Position numbers and translations under genes: made by a program
The notes under the pieces: model-generated
Databases searched by the model: none
Told to the model about the DNA's origin: nothing
What the model saw: the letters and a program-made list of their open reading frames with translations, nothing else
NCBI GenBank assembly: GCA_903911225.1
Contig: CAIWCT010000309.1
Span: 145-64,144, forward strand
Direction of reading: 5' to 3'
Source of the DNA: an uncultured delta proteobacterium
Lineage (GTDB): Bacteria; Desulfobacterota; WTBG01; CAIYCZ01; CAIRTM01
DNA: 64,000 bases
Shown: piece after piece, positions 55,970 to 64,000 of the stretch
Numbering within the stretch: position 1 is the first letter of the stretch
Layout of the letters: the number at the start of each line of letters is the position of its first letter

Positions 55970-56727
55970 ATTTTACGGATGGGTTTTGATGGAGGCTTTT
56001 TATTAAGTGTTTTTTCAAATGACTTGATTGTTTCTATCTCCATTTTATTCAAAAACCGATAGGCGCCAACAGGCAGGGCACCAAGCTCGAGCGGCCCAAA
56101 TCCTGTACGTATAATGCGTACAGCCTCATGCCCTACAGCTTCAAACATTTTGCGTATTTGACGGTTTCTGCCTTCTTTGAGCCAAACCTCAAGCCATGAA
56201 TTTTTATCCAACTTTGAGAATACCTTAATTTTGCACCTGTTTGTCTTGACATTATCAATAAAAACACCTGCCCGGAGTTTGTCAAGTACGATGCGGGTCG
56301 GCACTCCCTTGACCTTAACACGATAGCAGCGCTCTACTTCAAAACGCGGGTGCTGAAGCAACTGAGAGAAGTCACCGTCATTGGTCATGACCAAAAGCCC
56401 TTCTGTCTCGTAGTCAAGTCTTCCTACCGGCACGACCCGCTCGATAATTCCGCTCACCAGGCTCATGACAGTAGGGCGTCCCTGCGGGTCTTCAACCGAT
56501 GTTATATAGCCCGGTGGCTTATTAAGCATGATGTATACCTTATTTTCCGCAGCGCCGATGGCCATGCCGTCCAGTTCAATGACATCAATACCTGCATCGG
56601 CTTTAGTGCCCAGCTCAAGAACCAGGGAACCATTGACACTCACACGGCCTTCAAGAATCATCTCCTCAGCCTTACGGCGAGAAGTAATGCCGGCCCGTGC
56701 AAGAATCTTTTGAAGTCTCTCTTTCAT
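55948..56727 (-). CDS. rluB: RsuA/RluB-family pseudouridine synthase with S4 domain
   Basis: RLQKILARAGITSRRKAEEMI (S4) and VGRLDYETEGLLVMTNDG (catalytic Asp). Its 3' end overlaps htrA by 22 nt. Confidence 0.75.
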   Translation of the reverse strand: MKERLQKILARAGITSRRKAEEMILEGRVSVNGSLVLELGTKADAGIDVIELDGMAIGAAENKVYIMLNKPPGYITSVEDPQGRPTVMSLVSGIIERVVPVGRLDYETEGLLVMTNDGDFSQLLQHPRFEVERCYRVKVKGVPTRIVLDKLRAGVFIDNVKTNRCKIKVFSKLDKNSWLEVWLKEGRNRQIRKMFEAVGHEAVRIIRTGFGPLELGALPVGAYRFLNKMEIETIKSFEKTLNKKPPSKPIRKIYKSKVT

Positions 56728-57524
56728 ATTATTTCATCCCCCTTTTGTTCGGCAGGAGGGCCTGGTTCCATGCCCTCATCGTTTGCATCATAAGCACTCT
56801 CATCGTCAGGCTGGATCACAAAATCCGGCACTGTTTCACCAGCCTCTTCAGCCGCTGATTTTGCGGCCAGCAGGAGATCCTCATCGGTAGCAGTCTGGGC
56901 AAAGTCTGAGGCATCACCTTCGGTTTGGTCATCCAGGGGAAATTCCTCGCCGATTTTTTCCCGCAGAAGTGTAGGAAGCTGTCCATCCTCAAGGCTTTCA
57001 ATCTCTTTAAGGGACGGCATGTCAGCAAGCTTCTCCAAGCCGAACACTTCAAGAAAGCGGCTGGTAGATCCCATTAAAAATGGTCTGCCGGCAATGTTTT
57101 TACGGCCAACTATCTTTATAAGGCCACGCTCAAGAAGTGCCTTAATGACACCGCCGCTATCTACGCCCCTGATTTTTTCAATCTCTGCACGGATGATAGG
57201 CTGGCGATAGGCGATAATGGCAAGTGTTTCAAGCGTCGGCTGCGTCAGACGAAACGGTTTTGTTTTCTTAAGCTTTTTTACCCAGGTCGAATAATTAGGT
57301 CGCGTCCTGAACTGGTAGCCCCCTGCAACCTCCTGAAGGAAAAAGCCGCGTCGCTGCGTTTTGTTATCATGGTTGATATCGTCTATGGCCTGCCTGATAT
57401 CCTTAAGCGTCAAGGCATCAGTGGCGTCCTCATCGATAAGCTGTTTGATTTTTTGTATGCTCAAAGGCGTGTCGGATGCAAAAATCAGAGCATCGATAAT
57501 TGGCATTAATTCATCTTTTGTCAT
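56724..57524 (-). CDS. scpB: Segregation and condensation protein B
   Basis: IIDALIFASDTPLS, LETLAIIAYRQPIIRAEIEKIRGV and an acidic C-terminal tail. A 4-nt overlap with the rluB start. Confidence 0.9.
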   Translation of the reverse strand: MTKDELMPIIDALIFASDTPLSIQKIKQLIDEDATDALTLKDIRQAIDDINHDNKTQRRGFFLQEVAGGYQFRTRPNYSTWVKKLKKTKPFRLTQPTLETLAIIAYRQPIIRAEIEKIRGVDSGGVIKALLERGLIKIVGRKNIAGRPFLMGSTSRFLEVFGLEKLADMPSLKEIESLEDGQLPTLLREKIGEEFPLDDQTEGDASDFAQTATDEDLLLAAKSAAEEAGETVPDFVIQPDDESAYDANDEGMEPGPPAEQKGDEII

Positions 57525-57535
57525 AAAAAACCTTA

Positions 57536-58300
57536 CTACTCCTGTGTCAGTTCTTCCGAGGTCGGTTCCGTCGACACTTCGTCGTCGGTCACCGCATACA
57601 CGAACAGTTTACCAAAATTTGCGTTCTGGTACACTTTAAGAGCCTGCATCTTGATAAGCTCAAGGATTGCCAGAAATGTTGTTATTATTTCAAGCCTGTC
57701 CGGCGTGTTGTCAAATAAGGCTTCAAACTCGATACCTTCCTTTACGCCTTCAAGCCGTTCGAGGATCTGGTTAATCCTGTCCTTTACCGACAGGTGTTCC
57801 ATGGTGACCGACATGACATCGGCTTTAGCGCCCGTACGCTGTATTACATTTTTTAATGCCTCAAGCAGTTCAAAAATGCTTGCCTCCCTGAATGCAGGGG
57901 CATCATCGTCTGTAGGCTCGATGATGCAGGCGCGTGTAAAAACGTCTTTTTCCAAAATATTCTGTTCGCGCAGGTGATGAGCCGCATCTTTATACTGCTG
58001 ATATTCAAGCAGCTGGCGCTTGAGATCTTCAAGCGTGTTTTTTGCCTCCTCGGAATCCTCGTCATCGTCGCAAACCGGCAGCAGTGCACGCGACTTGAGA
58101 TAGAGCAGCGTTGCCGCCATAACCAGAAACTCTCCGGCAATATCAAGATTGAGGACCTTCATAAGCTCAAGGTACTCCATGTACTGACTCGTCACGGTGA
58201 TTACCGGAATCTGCTGGATATCTATCTCGTTCTTTCGTACGAGATAAAGCAGTAGATCAAGTGGACCTTCAAAATTTTCAAGCTTTACGTTGTAGTCCAT
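57536..58300 (-). CDS. scpA: Segregation and condensation protein A
   Basis: LENFEGPLDLLLYLVRKNEIDI. The ATG at 58300 overlaps the upstream TAA stop (TAATG), which supports this start over 58330. Confidence 0.9.
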   Translation of the reverse strand: MDYNVKLENFEGPLDLLLYLVRKNEIDIQQIPVITVTSQYMEYLELMKVLNLDIAGEFLVMAATLLYLKSRALLPVCDDDEDSEEAKNTLEDLKRQLLEYQQYKDAAHHLREQNILEKDVFTRACIIEPTDDDAPAFREASIFELLEALKNVIQRTGAKADVMSVTMEHLSVKDRINQILERLEGVKEGIEFEALFDNTPDRLEIITTFLAILELIKMQALKVYQNANFGKLFVYAVTDDEVSTEPTSEELTQE

Positions 58301-58941
58301 TATACGTTGCCAATTGACTTCAAAATCCAAAAAAGAAAGTAGCTAACCAACCGCATGGCCGGTCCCATGATCGCATTAATAACGCCGGTCATCAAAAGCA
58401 GCATCAGTATCAAAAAACCATAAGGAAATAATTTTTTATAAACCTCTGCCAGACTATCCGGCAGGACATGATACAGTACCCAAGAGCCGTCAAGGGGCGG
58501 TATGGGCATGAGGTTAAAAACTGCAAGCACGACATTAATTTGAATACCGTACATAACCATGATAACCAGGGCATTATTTCCGGATGCTGGAAATATATTA
58601 CTATAAACACCATAAAGGATGGTGCATACCACAGCCAAAGCCAAATTCACCGTAACCCCGGCAAGAGAAACATAAACATGATCGCGCCGCTGGTTGCGGA
58701 AATTATACGGATTGATCGGCACCGGCTTTGCCCAGCCGATGAGAATCGGCGCATGTGTTATAAGCAGCAGTGCGGGAAAAATGATCGTTCCGAACAGGTC
58801 GATATGCGGAACCGGGTTGAACGTCAGCCTGCCTTGATATTTTGCCGTATTATCACCGCAGAGATAGGCAACATAGCCATGCGCCACCTCATGGGCGATT
58901 ACAGAAAACAGCAGTACGGGAACCATCAGCAAAATTTCCAT
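58300..58941 (-). CDS. Site-2 protease-family (M50) membrane metalloprotease
   Basis: HEVAHG zinc motif in TM1, 213 aa polytopic, no PDZ domain. Confidence 0.8.
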   Translation of the reverse strand: MEILLMVPVLLFSVIAHEVAHGYVAYLCGDNTAKYQGRLTFNPVPHIDLFGTIIFPALLLITHAPILIGWAKPVPINPYNFRNQRRDHVYVSLAGVTVNLALAVVCTILYGVYSNIFPASGNNALVIMVMYGIQINVVLAVFNLMPIPPLDGSWVLYHVLPDSLAEVYKKLFPYGFLILMLLLMTGVINAIMGPAMRLVSYFLFWILKSIGNV

Positions 58942-58974
58942 GCCTGTATCAATCCTTCAATCGCGCATATCAAA

Positions 58975-59586
58975 TCAGATTCCGGCAAGCTTCACGCCGG
59001 CGGCATAGGCGGCCTGCATATCGGTTTCTTTGTCTTTAACCGCAGCTCGTTCAAGATTTCCCGCGCTGAATACTTCAGCTACCTTTTTAAGCTGAAAGTC
59101 ACGCATATTGGAATCAAGCGCCCGGAATATGAGGGCCGACTGCGTATAGCTGAAATCGCCCTGGCTGACGACTATCAGCGCCCGTTTGCCGTTGATAGCG
59201 GTTGTGGCATGCGCGTCGATTATAGCGCCTGTGCTATCCCTGATAATATTCATCTTAATCAGCGGCTGCATGCGGCAGAAAAGATTAACCAGTCCGGCCG
59301 ACATTGAATGCACATAATTGGGCGTACCGAAAATAAAACCGTCGGCTTGCATCATGCGTGCTAGAATACCCGCCATGTCATCCTTAAGGGGGCAATCCTG
59401 GGAGCCTTTGAATGCTGTACATGCAAGGCAGCCGATGCAGCTTTTAATATCGGACTCATAGAGATAAATTTTTTCCACAGCAGCGTCGCCCCTGCTGCAT
59501 AAGCCCTCGATAGCCCTGTCGATAAGGCAGTCAACGTTTGACCCTTTGCGGGGGCTGCCGACAAATGCCATAATCTGCATAATCAT
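58975..59586 (-). CDS. Iron-sulfur flavoprotein (NADPH-dependent FMN reductase fold), second copy
   Basis: MAFVGSPRKGSN flavodoxin-like start and the Cys motif CIGCLACTAFKGSQDC (CX2CX2CX8C). Confidence 0.7.
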   Translation of the reverse strand: MIMQIMAFVGSPRKGSNVDCLIDRAIEGLCSRGDAAVEKIYLYESDIKSCIGCLACTAFKGSQDCPLKDDMAGILARMMQADGFIFGTPNYVHSMSAGLVNLFCRMQPLIKMNIIRDSTGAIIDAHATTAINGKRALIVVSQGDFSYTQSALIFRALDSNMRDFQLKKVAEVFSAGNLERAAVKDKETDMQAAYAAGVKLAGI

Positions 59587-59602
59587 GATCCCTTAAAGAT
59601 TT

Positions 59603-62251
59603 TCAACCCGCAAGGTGCGCCTGCCGGGGTATCTCTTTGAAAAACTTTTTTTTGATAAAACGCAACTCTTCCTCGCGTCCGGCAACCTTGCCGTTAAGTG
59701 CTGCATCAAGCAGACTATCAAGTATCAACGTGTATATCCTGCCAGGAGGAATGCCCAGTTTTATGAGGTCATTGCCCGTGACATGCAGCCTGATGCCACG
59801 CAGCCGGGTAAAATAAATCGAAAAAGACCTTTTGGTCGATAGCCGCGTTGTCTTGGCCATCAGATACAGGCAAACTTCCAGCGGCATACCGTTCAGCATG
59901 CTGTGAATTTCGGCATGTGAAGGCTGACGCTTCTGAGCAAAACGGTGCAAAACATCACTGCCGGTTGTTTTTGCTGTGACGATGGCGTCGCGGTATTTTT
60001 TCTTGATATCGAAATACCTGCAAACGGAGACAATTTCATCGGATTTCAACCTGTCAAGCAAAGCAAGCAGAAAAAGAAACCATTTTTCACAGGTATTGTC
60101 AAGATAAAGAAGGTCATACCATGAAAGCACGTCGTTTGTGCTTTTAAACAGTTGCCGCATGGCGCCGTCATACCGCAGGTCGGCATGGATATATTTTAAA
60201 AGCCCCAGCTCGTGCATGCGCCGCACCATATGCAGTGCTTTTGCCTCACTCAACAGCAGCGTCAGTTCTGTAAATATTCGCTTACCGCTGAGGCTTTTCA
60301 AAAAATCCATTTTAACGGCATTTTCAATCAGGCTTCTGGTGAGTTTGCTCAGATGAAAATCCAGGCGCTGTTCAAACCTGATGGCCCTGAAGATGCGGGA
60401 TGGATCTTCGACAAAGCTCAGGTTATGCAGCACCCTGATCGTGGTTTCCTTGAGATCCCGGCGCGCTCCGAAAAAATCTATAAACTCAGCAAAAAACCTT
60501 GGGTTGAGTCTGATGGCAAGCGTATTGATGGTGAAATCGCGGCGGTACAGGTCAAGCTTGATGGAGCTCCACTCAACCTGGGGAAGTGCAGCCGGTTTTT
60601 CATAATACTCAAGCCGCGCTGACGCAACATCAAGCTTTTCAGCATTTTTAAGATTGATCACCGCCGTGCCGAACTTCTTGTAGACTTTTACGCTTTTGCC
60701 GTGTTCTGCTGCAAAAGCGCGCGCAAACCTGATTCCATCGCCCTCTATAACGATGTCGATATCCAGGTTTTCAATTCTTAAAAAAATATCCCGAACAAAG
60801 CCACCCACGGCATAAGCCTGATATCCCATACTATCGGCACAGCGCCCCACGTCTCGAAGCAGCTGCAGGACGTGCCTGGGGAGCCGCTCGATAAGCACGC
60901 TCCTTACCGAGGTTTTTTTCGATGATAAAAGCCTTGGCTCAGTCTCAGTGCTTTCATCGGGCGATTCAAGATGCAGCACACGCAGCAGGTCGGTGCGTGT
61001 TATGGCGCCTCTTATTTTTCCGGCCTCAACTACCGGCAGGAAACGCTGATTTCCTCGAATGATATGTTGTTTAATCTGATTAAGCGAAGTTGATCCGCGG
61101 ACAGTGGCGAATTCCGATGTCATATATTCCACTACGGGTATATTTTTAAGCCCATGGTGCCGTGCTTTTTCAATGATTTGTCGGGAAATAAGCCCCACCA
61201 TCCGCCCTTTATCGGTCACAGGCAGCACATTGATATTGTATCGTGTGAGAATCCTGCTTGCAGCATCAAGTGTTTCAGCAAGATCAATGGTTTTTACCGG
61301 TGACACCATAAAATCCCGAGCGACTTTTACTGGCCGGATAGATTGCTCGACGGCAACAAACAGCTTCTGCTCGACTTGCGTAAGAGTCATATCATGCACG
61401 GTTGCTGAAGCAGCCGTTGCATGCCCTCCCCCGCCAAAGGCTGCAAGAACCTCCCCGGCATTCACATCCTGGATACGGCTGCGCCCAACAATATAGATAC
61501 GGTCATCCATATTTGCCATGGCAAACAAAACGTTGACGTTTTCCATATTTTTAAGCTTATGAACAAGCACTGCAAAATCGCCCACATACCCCGGGCAAAG
61601 GGCATGGCTAATCATCACATCAATGCCGTTAAAGGTATGAACCGAAGCGTTTTCAATAAGCTCATTAAGAACGGATACTTGATCTGCTGTCAGATCCTTG
61701 ATCACCATATCTGCAACTATATTAAGACTGGCTCCCTGCGACAAAAGATATGCCGCAGCCCTAAAATCCTCTTCTGTCGTGGAGCTGAACGTAAGGCTGC
61801 CCGTATCTTCATAAATGCCGAGCATCATAATCGTTGCTTCATCAGGAGTTATTTCGATATGCCGCTCACGCAAGATAGTGCACATAATGGTTGTGGTTGA
61901 ACCGTACGGATGCACGACCTCAAGTGTACCTTTCACATCGTCTGGGGCTGATGGGTGATGGTCGTAAATGTGAATATCGACTCCTGTGCGGCCGCACAGT
62001 GGTGCAAACTTCCCTAAACGGCCTGCCTGCCGTATATCAACAAGAATAAGGCTTGTTACCTTATCAAGAGATATCCTGCTGGCCTTTTCAATGTCCAGCA
62101 TGTACATGGCCGAATTTAGGAGAAAATTTCGAATGGTCTTTTCCTGACCTCCGGGGAAAGCCAGCACAGCTTCGGGGTAGAGCTTTTTGGCAGCTATCAT
62201 CGAACCAAGTGCGTCAAAATCGGCATTGATGTGGGTTGTGATTAATTTCAT
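59603..62251 (-). CDS. DHH/DHHA1 phosphoesterase - CBS pair - poly(A) polymerase/CCA-adding nucleotidyltransferase fusion protein
   Basis: HINADFDALGS and IYDHHPS (DHH), GGGGHATAASA (DHHA1), two CBS repeats, then AYAVGGFVRDIFL...LDIDIVIEGDG (PolyA_pol head domain) and an RNA-binding tail. Confidence 0.75.
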   Translation of the reverse strand: MKLITTHINADFDALGSMIAAKKLYPEAVLAFPGGQEKTIRNFLLNSAMYMLDIEKASRISLDKVTSLILVDIRQAGRLGKFAPLCGRTGVDIHIYDHHPSAPDDVKGTLEVVHPYGSTTTIMCTILRERHIEITPDEATIMMLGIYEDTGSLTFSSTTEEDFRAAAYLLSQGASLNIVADMVIKDLTADQVSVLNELIENASVHTFNGIDVMISHALCPGYVGDFAVLVHKLKNMENVNVLFAMANMDDRIYIVGRSRIQDVNAGEVLAAFGGGGHATAASATVHDMTLTQVEQKLFVAVEQSIRPVKVARDFMVSPVKTIDLAETLDAASRILTRYNINVLPVTDKGRMVGLISRQIIEKARHHGLKNIPVVEYMTSEFATVRGSTSLNQIKQHIIRGNQRFLPVVEAGKIRGAITRTDLLRVLHLESPDESTETEPRLLSSKKTSVRSVLIERLPRHVLQLLRDVGRCADSMGYQAYAVGGFVRDIFLRIENLDIDIVIEGDGIRFARAFAAEHGKSVKVYKKFGTAVINLKNAEKLDVASARLEYYEKPAALPQVEWSSIKLDLYRRDFTINTLAIRLNPRFFAEFIDFFGARRDLKETTIRVLHNLSFVEDPSRIFRAIRFEQRLDFHLSKLTRSLIENAVKMDFLKSLSGKRIFTELTLLLSEAKALHMVRRMHELGLLKYIHADLRYDGAMRQLFKSTNDVLSWYDLLYLDNTCEKWFLFLLALLDRLKSDEIVSVCRYFDIKKKYRDAIVTAKTTGSDVLHRFAQKRQPSHAEIHSMLNGMPLEVCLYLMAKTTRLSTKRSFSIYFTRLRGIRLHVTGNDLIKLGIPPGRIYTLILDSLLDAALNGKVAGREEELRFIKKKFFKEIPRQAHLAG

Positions 62252-62342
62252 TATTTCTGCTTGTATTTTATTTTAATTGAATGCTATTTCAACCTCTAGA
62301 AGAAATCCATGACTTGCTTTGCGATACGAAAAACTCAAAACC

Positions 62343-63248
62343 TCACCCTCTCGGATGATATTTATCGTGTACTTTTTTCAAAGTACTATTTGCCACATGT
62401 GTATAAATTTGTGTTGTGACGATATCGGCATGCCCCAGCATTACCTGCACCGAGCGCAAATCAGCCCCGCCTTCAAGTATATGTGTGGCAAATGAGTGCC
62501 GAAGGGTGTGAGGTGATATCTTTTTTATAATCCCTGCTGCAAGGCAATACCGTTTTACAAGTTTCCAGAAACCCTGGCGGCTCATCTCATTACCATCGCG
62601 GTTAATAAACACATAAGAATTAACAGTATGCTTCATAAGCCGGGGCCGAACCTCTGCAAGATATCGCCGCAACCATGAAATGGCAACTTCTCCCAGTGGA
62701 ACGACACGCTCCTTGGAGCCCTTGCCGATGACGATCACAAAACCGGCATCCAGATTGATGCTGTCAATTTTAAGCGACACAAGCTCAGATACGCGCAAAC
62801 CCGTTGCATACAGCACCTCAAAAAAAGCTCGGTCTCGAAGGCCAAGTGGCTTCTCAGTGTCTGGGGCCTTGATGAGCGCATCGACTTCGTCACGATTCAT
62901 CACGCAGGGAAGTTTCTTTTCCAACCGCGGCGTCTGTACGTCTTGCATGGGATTCTGTGCTGCGGCAGCTTCAATTACCAGATAGTTGTAAAACATTTTA
63001 ATGCTCGAAAGCATCCGGGAAAGTGACCGGGCTGAAAGACCGTTTTTTTGCTCAGAGCTAAGAAATCTTAAAAGATCATAGCGCGTACAATCTTTGACCG
63101 GATGCACCCGATCCTGTTCTATAAAGGTACAATACCGCTGAAGATCGCGGCCATAGGATTCAACAGTATTGGGGGCAAGCCTGCGTTCGGCCACCATGTA
63201 GTTGTAGAAACCGTCAAGCAGCAGCTGATTTGATGCGTCTGCTTTCAT
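62343..63248 (-). CDS. xerD: Tyrosine recombinase XerD-type
   Basis: LYATGLRVSELVSL, GKGSKERVVPLGE, HTLRHSFATH and LGHADIVTTQIYTHV (RHRY active-site contexts). The ATGA overlap with the panE stop points to a housekeeping context. Confidence 0.75.
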   Translation of the reverse strand: MKADASNQLLLDGFYNYMVAERRLAPNTVESYGRDLQRYCTFIEQDRVHPVKDCTRYDLLRFLSSEQKNGLSARSLSRMLSSIKMFYNYLVIEAAAAQNPMQDVQTPRLEKKLPCVMNRDEVDALIKAPDTEKPLGLRDRAFFEVLYATGLRVSELVSLKIDSINLDAGFVIVIGKGSKERVVPLGEVAISWLRRYLAEVRPRLMKHTVNSYVFINRDGNEMSRQGFWKLVKRYCLAAGIIKKISPHTLRHSFATHILEGGADLRSVQVMLGHADIVTTQIYTHVANSTLKKVHDKYHPRG

Positions 63249-64000
63249 AGAAGCTCTTTGCCTTTGATAAGCTGAGTTATGGTCCAGTTACAGGGTACAT
63301 CAATGCCAAGTTCGGCTCCCATGGCGACGACTGCTCCATTAAGTGCATCGATCTCGGTTTTTTTGCCTCTGTGCATGTCCTGCAGCATTGATGGATGATG
63401 CTCAAAGGTACGCATTATAAGATCGCTGAAAAGCACTTGGAGGTACTGTTCAGGCTTTTCCCAGTCAAGAACAACGCCTTTGGCAGCTGCAACAGTAAAT
63501 ATCTCTTCGACAATATGTGTCATAATCTCTTTTGTGCCGTCACTGTCAAGCAGCTTGCCATAGTGCACATTCATAATGGTCGCCAGGGCATTTAGTGCGC
63601 AGTTGTAGAGCACTTTGCCCCAGATATACCGGTCAATATCCGGAACGGCATCGGTTGCAATACCAGCTGCTGTGATCGTCTGAGCAAGCTTCTGTACAAA
63701 AGCCGGATCAATGCCGCCCGGGAGTCCGCCTAATTTTGTATTGTCTGCCGAAACCGTAACAGTTACATGGCCTGGCTCACCCACTTCAACTCCAAAAATC
63801 ATCCGGCAGCCAACAGTCTTTTGCCTGCCGATAAGCTGCACAATCTTTTCCACATTGCCAAGCCCGTTTTGCAGAGAAACAACAGGGGGCGGATTGGGAA
63901 TATAATACAGCAGATCGCTCAGGGCCAGAGCCGTGTCATAGGACTTCACAGACAGCAGCACGACATCAAATGACGAAGGATCAGAAATTTCTTCAAGTGA
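63245..64000 (-). CDS. panE: 2-dehydropantoate 2-reductase (partial; N-terminus lies beyond the window end)
   Basis: FDVVLLSVKSYD, SLQNGLGN and the C-terminal ApbA_C pattern (SMLQDMHRGKKTEIDALNGAVV). The reading frame stays open to base 64000. Confidence 0.75.
   Translation of the reverse strand, partial: SLEEISDPSSFDVVLLSVKSYDTALALSDLLYYIPNPPPVVSLQNGLGNVEKIVQLIGRQKTVGCRMIFGVEVGEPGHVTVTVSADNTKLGGLPGGIDPAFVQKLAQTITAAGIATDAVPDIDRYIWGKVLYNCALNALATIMNVHYGKLLDSDGTKEIMTHIVEEIFTVAAAKGVVLDWEKPEQYLQVLFSDLIMRTFEHHPSMLQDMHRGKKTEIDALNGAVVAMGAELGIDVPCNWTITQLIKGKELL

Noticed and set aside
62343-63248. Tyrosine recombinase as the integrase of an integrated mobile element.
   Set aside because: The sequence pattern is XerD-like. 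The gene is translationally coupled (ATGA overlap) to panE and sits among housekeeping genes (scpAB, rluB). No att-like repeats, tRNA or phage/ICE genes are nearby.

Overview
This is a 64-kb, gene-dense chromosomal segment with about 50 CDSs on both strands. The gene content suggests an anaerobic deltaproteobacterium-like (Desulfobacterota-type) organism: the DapL lysine route, two iron-sulfur flavoproteins, giant multi-PAS sensor kinases and an AmmeMemoRadiSam radical SAM enzyme. That taxonomic placement is inference only.

Most of the window is housekeeping: ftsY, lpxH, pgeF, nadB, tsaD, dapL, pepD, hemL, a class A PBP, htrA, rluB, scpA/scpB, xerD and a partial panE. I recognised no rRNA, tRNA, CRISPR array, transposase, phage gene or known defence gene. 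I did not find an unambiguous new multi-gene system.

The regions most worth a second look are:
1. A two-gene module at 4.5-7.7 kb: a GtrB-like GT2 plus an STT3/PglB-type oligosaccharyltransferase carrying all catalytic motifs.
2. A diadenylate cyclase with a pyruvate-kinase-C-like N-domain (archaeal CdaZ/DacZ architecture) and an altered RHR motif (7.9-8.8 kb).
3. A rearrangement-prone two-kinase region (13.9-20.3 kb). It contains an inverted REC-domain gene relic, a T7 homopolymer frameshift that cuts off the kinase ATPase C-terminus, and flanking MITE-like palindromic repeats.
4. A possible minus-strand unit at 49.8-54.3 kb. It holds a MgtE_N-CorA fusion with SMN instead of GMN, two tandem secreted paralogs with conserved N-terminal and divergent Cys/Trp-rich C-terminal halves, and a GLUG/cadherin-like surface protein.
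5. An aldolase, carbamoyltransferase and GT-C operon (39.7-43.9 kb).
6. An orphan promoter-plus-terminator unit that could be a roughly 100-nt sRNA or attenuator (34.08-34.20 kb).
7. An RND efflux gene truncated at codon 663 and abutting ftsY (1-2.03 kb).

All family calls come from reading motifs in the supplied translations. No database search was run.
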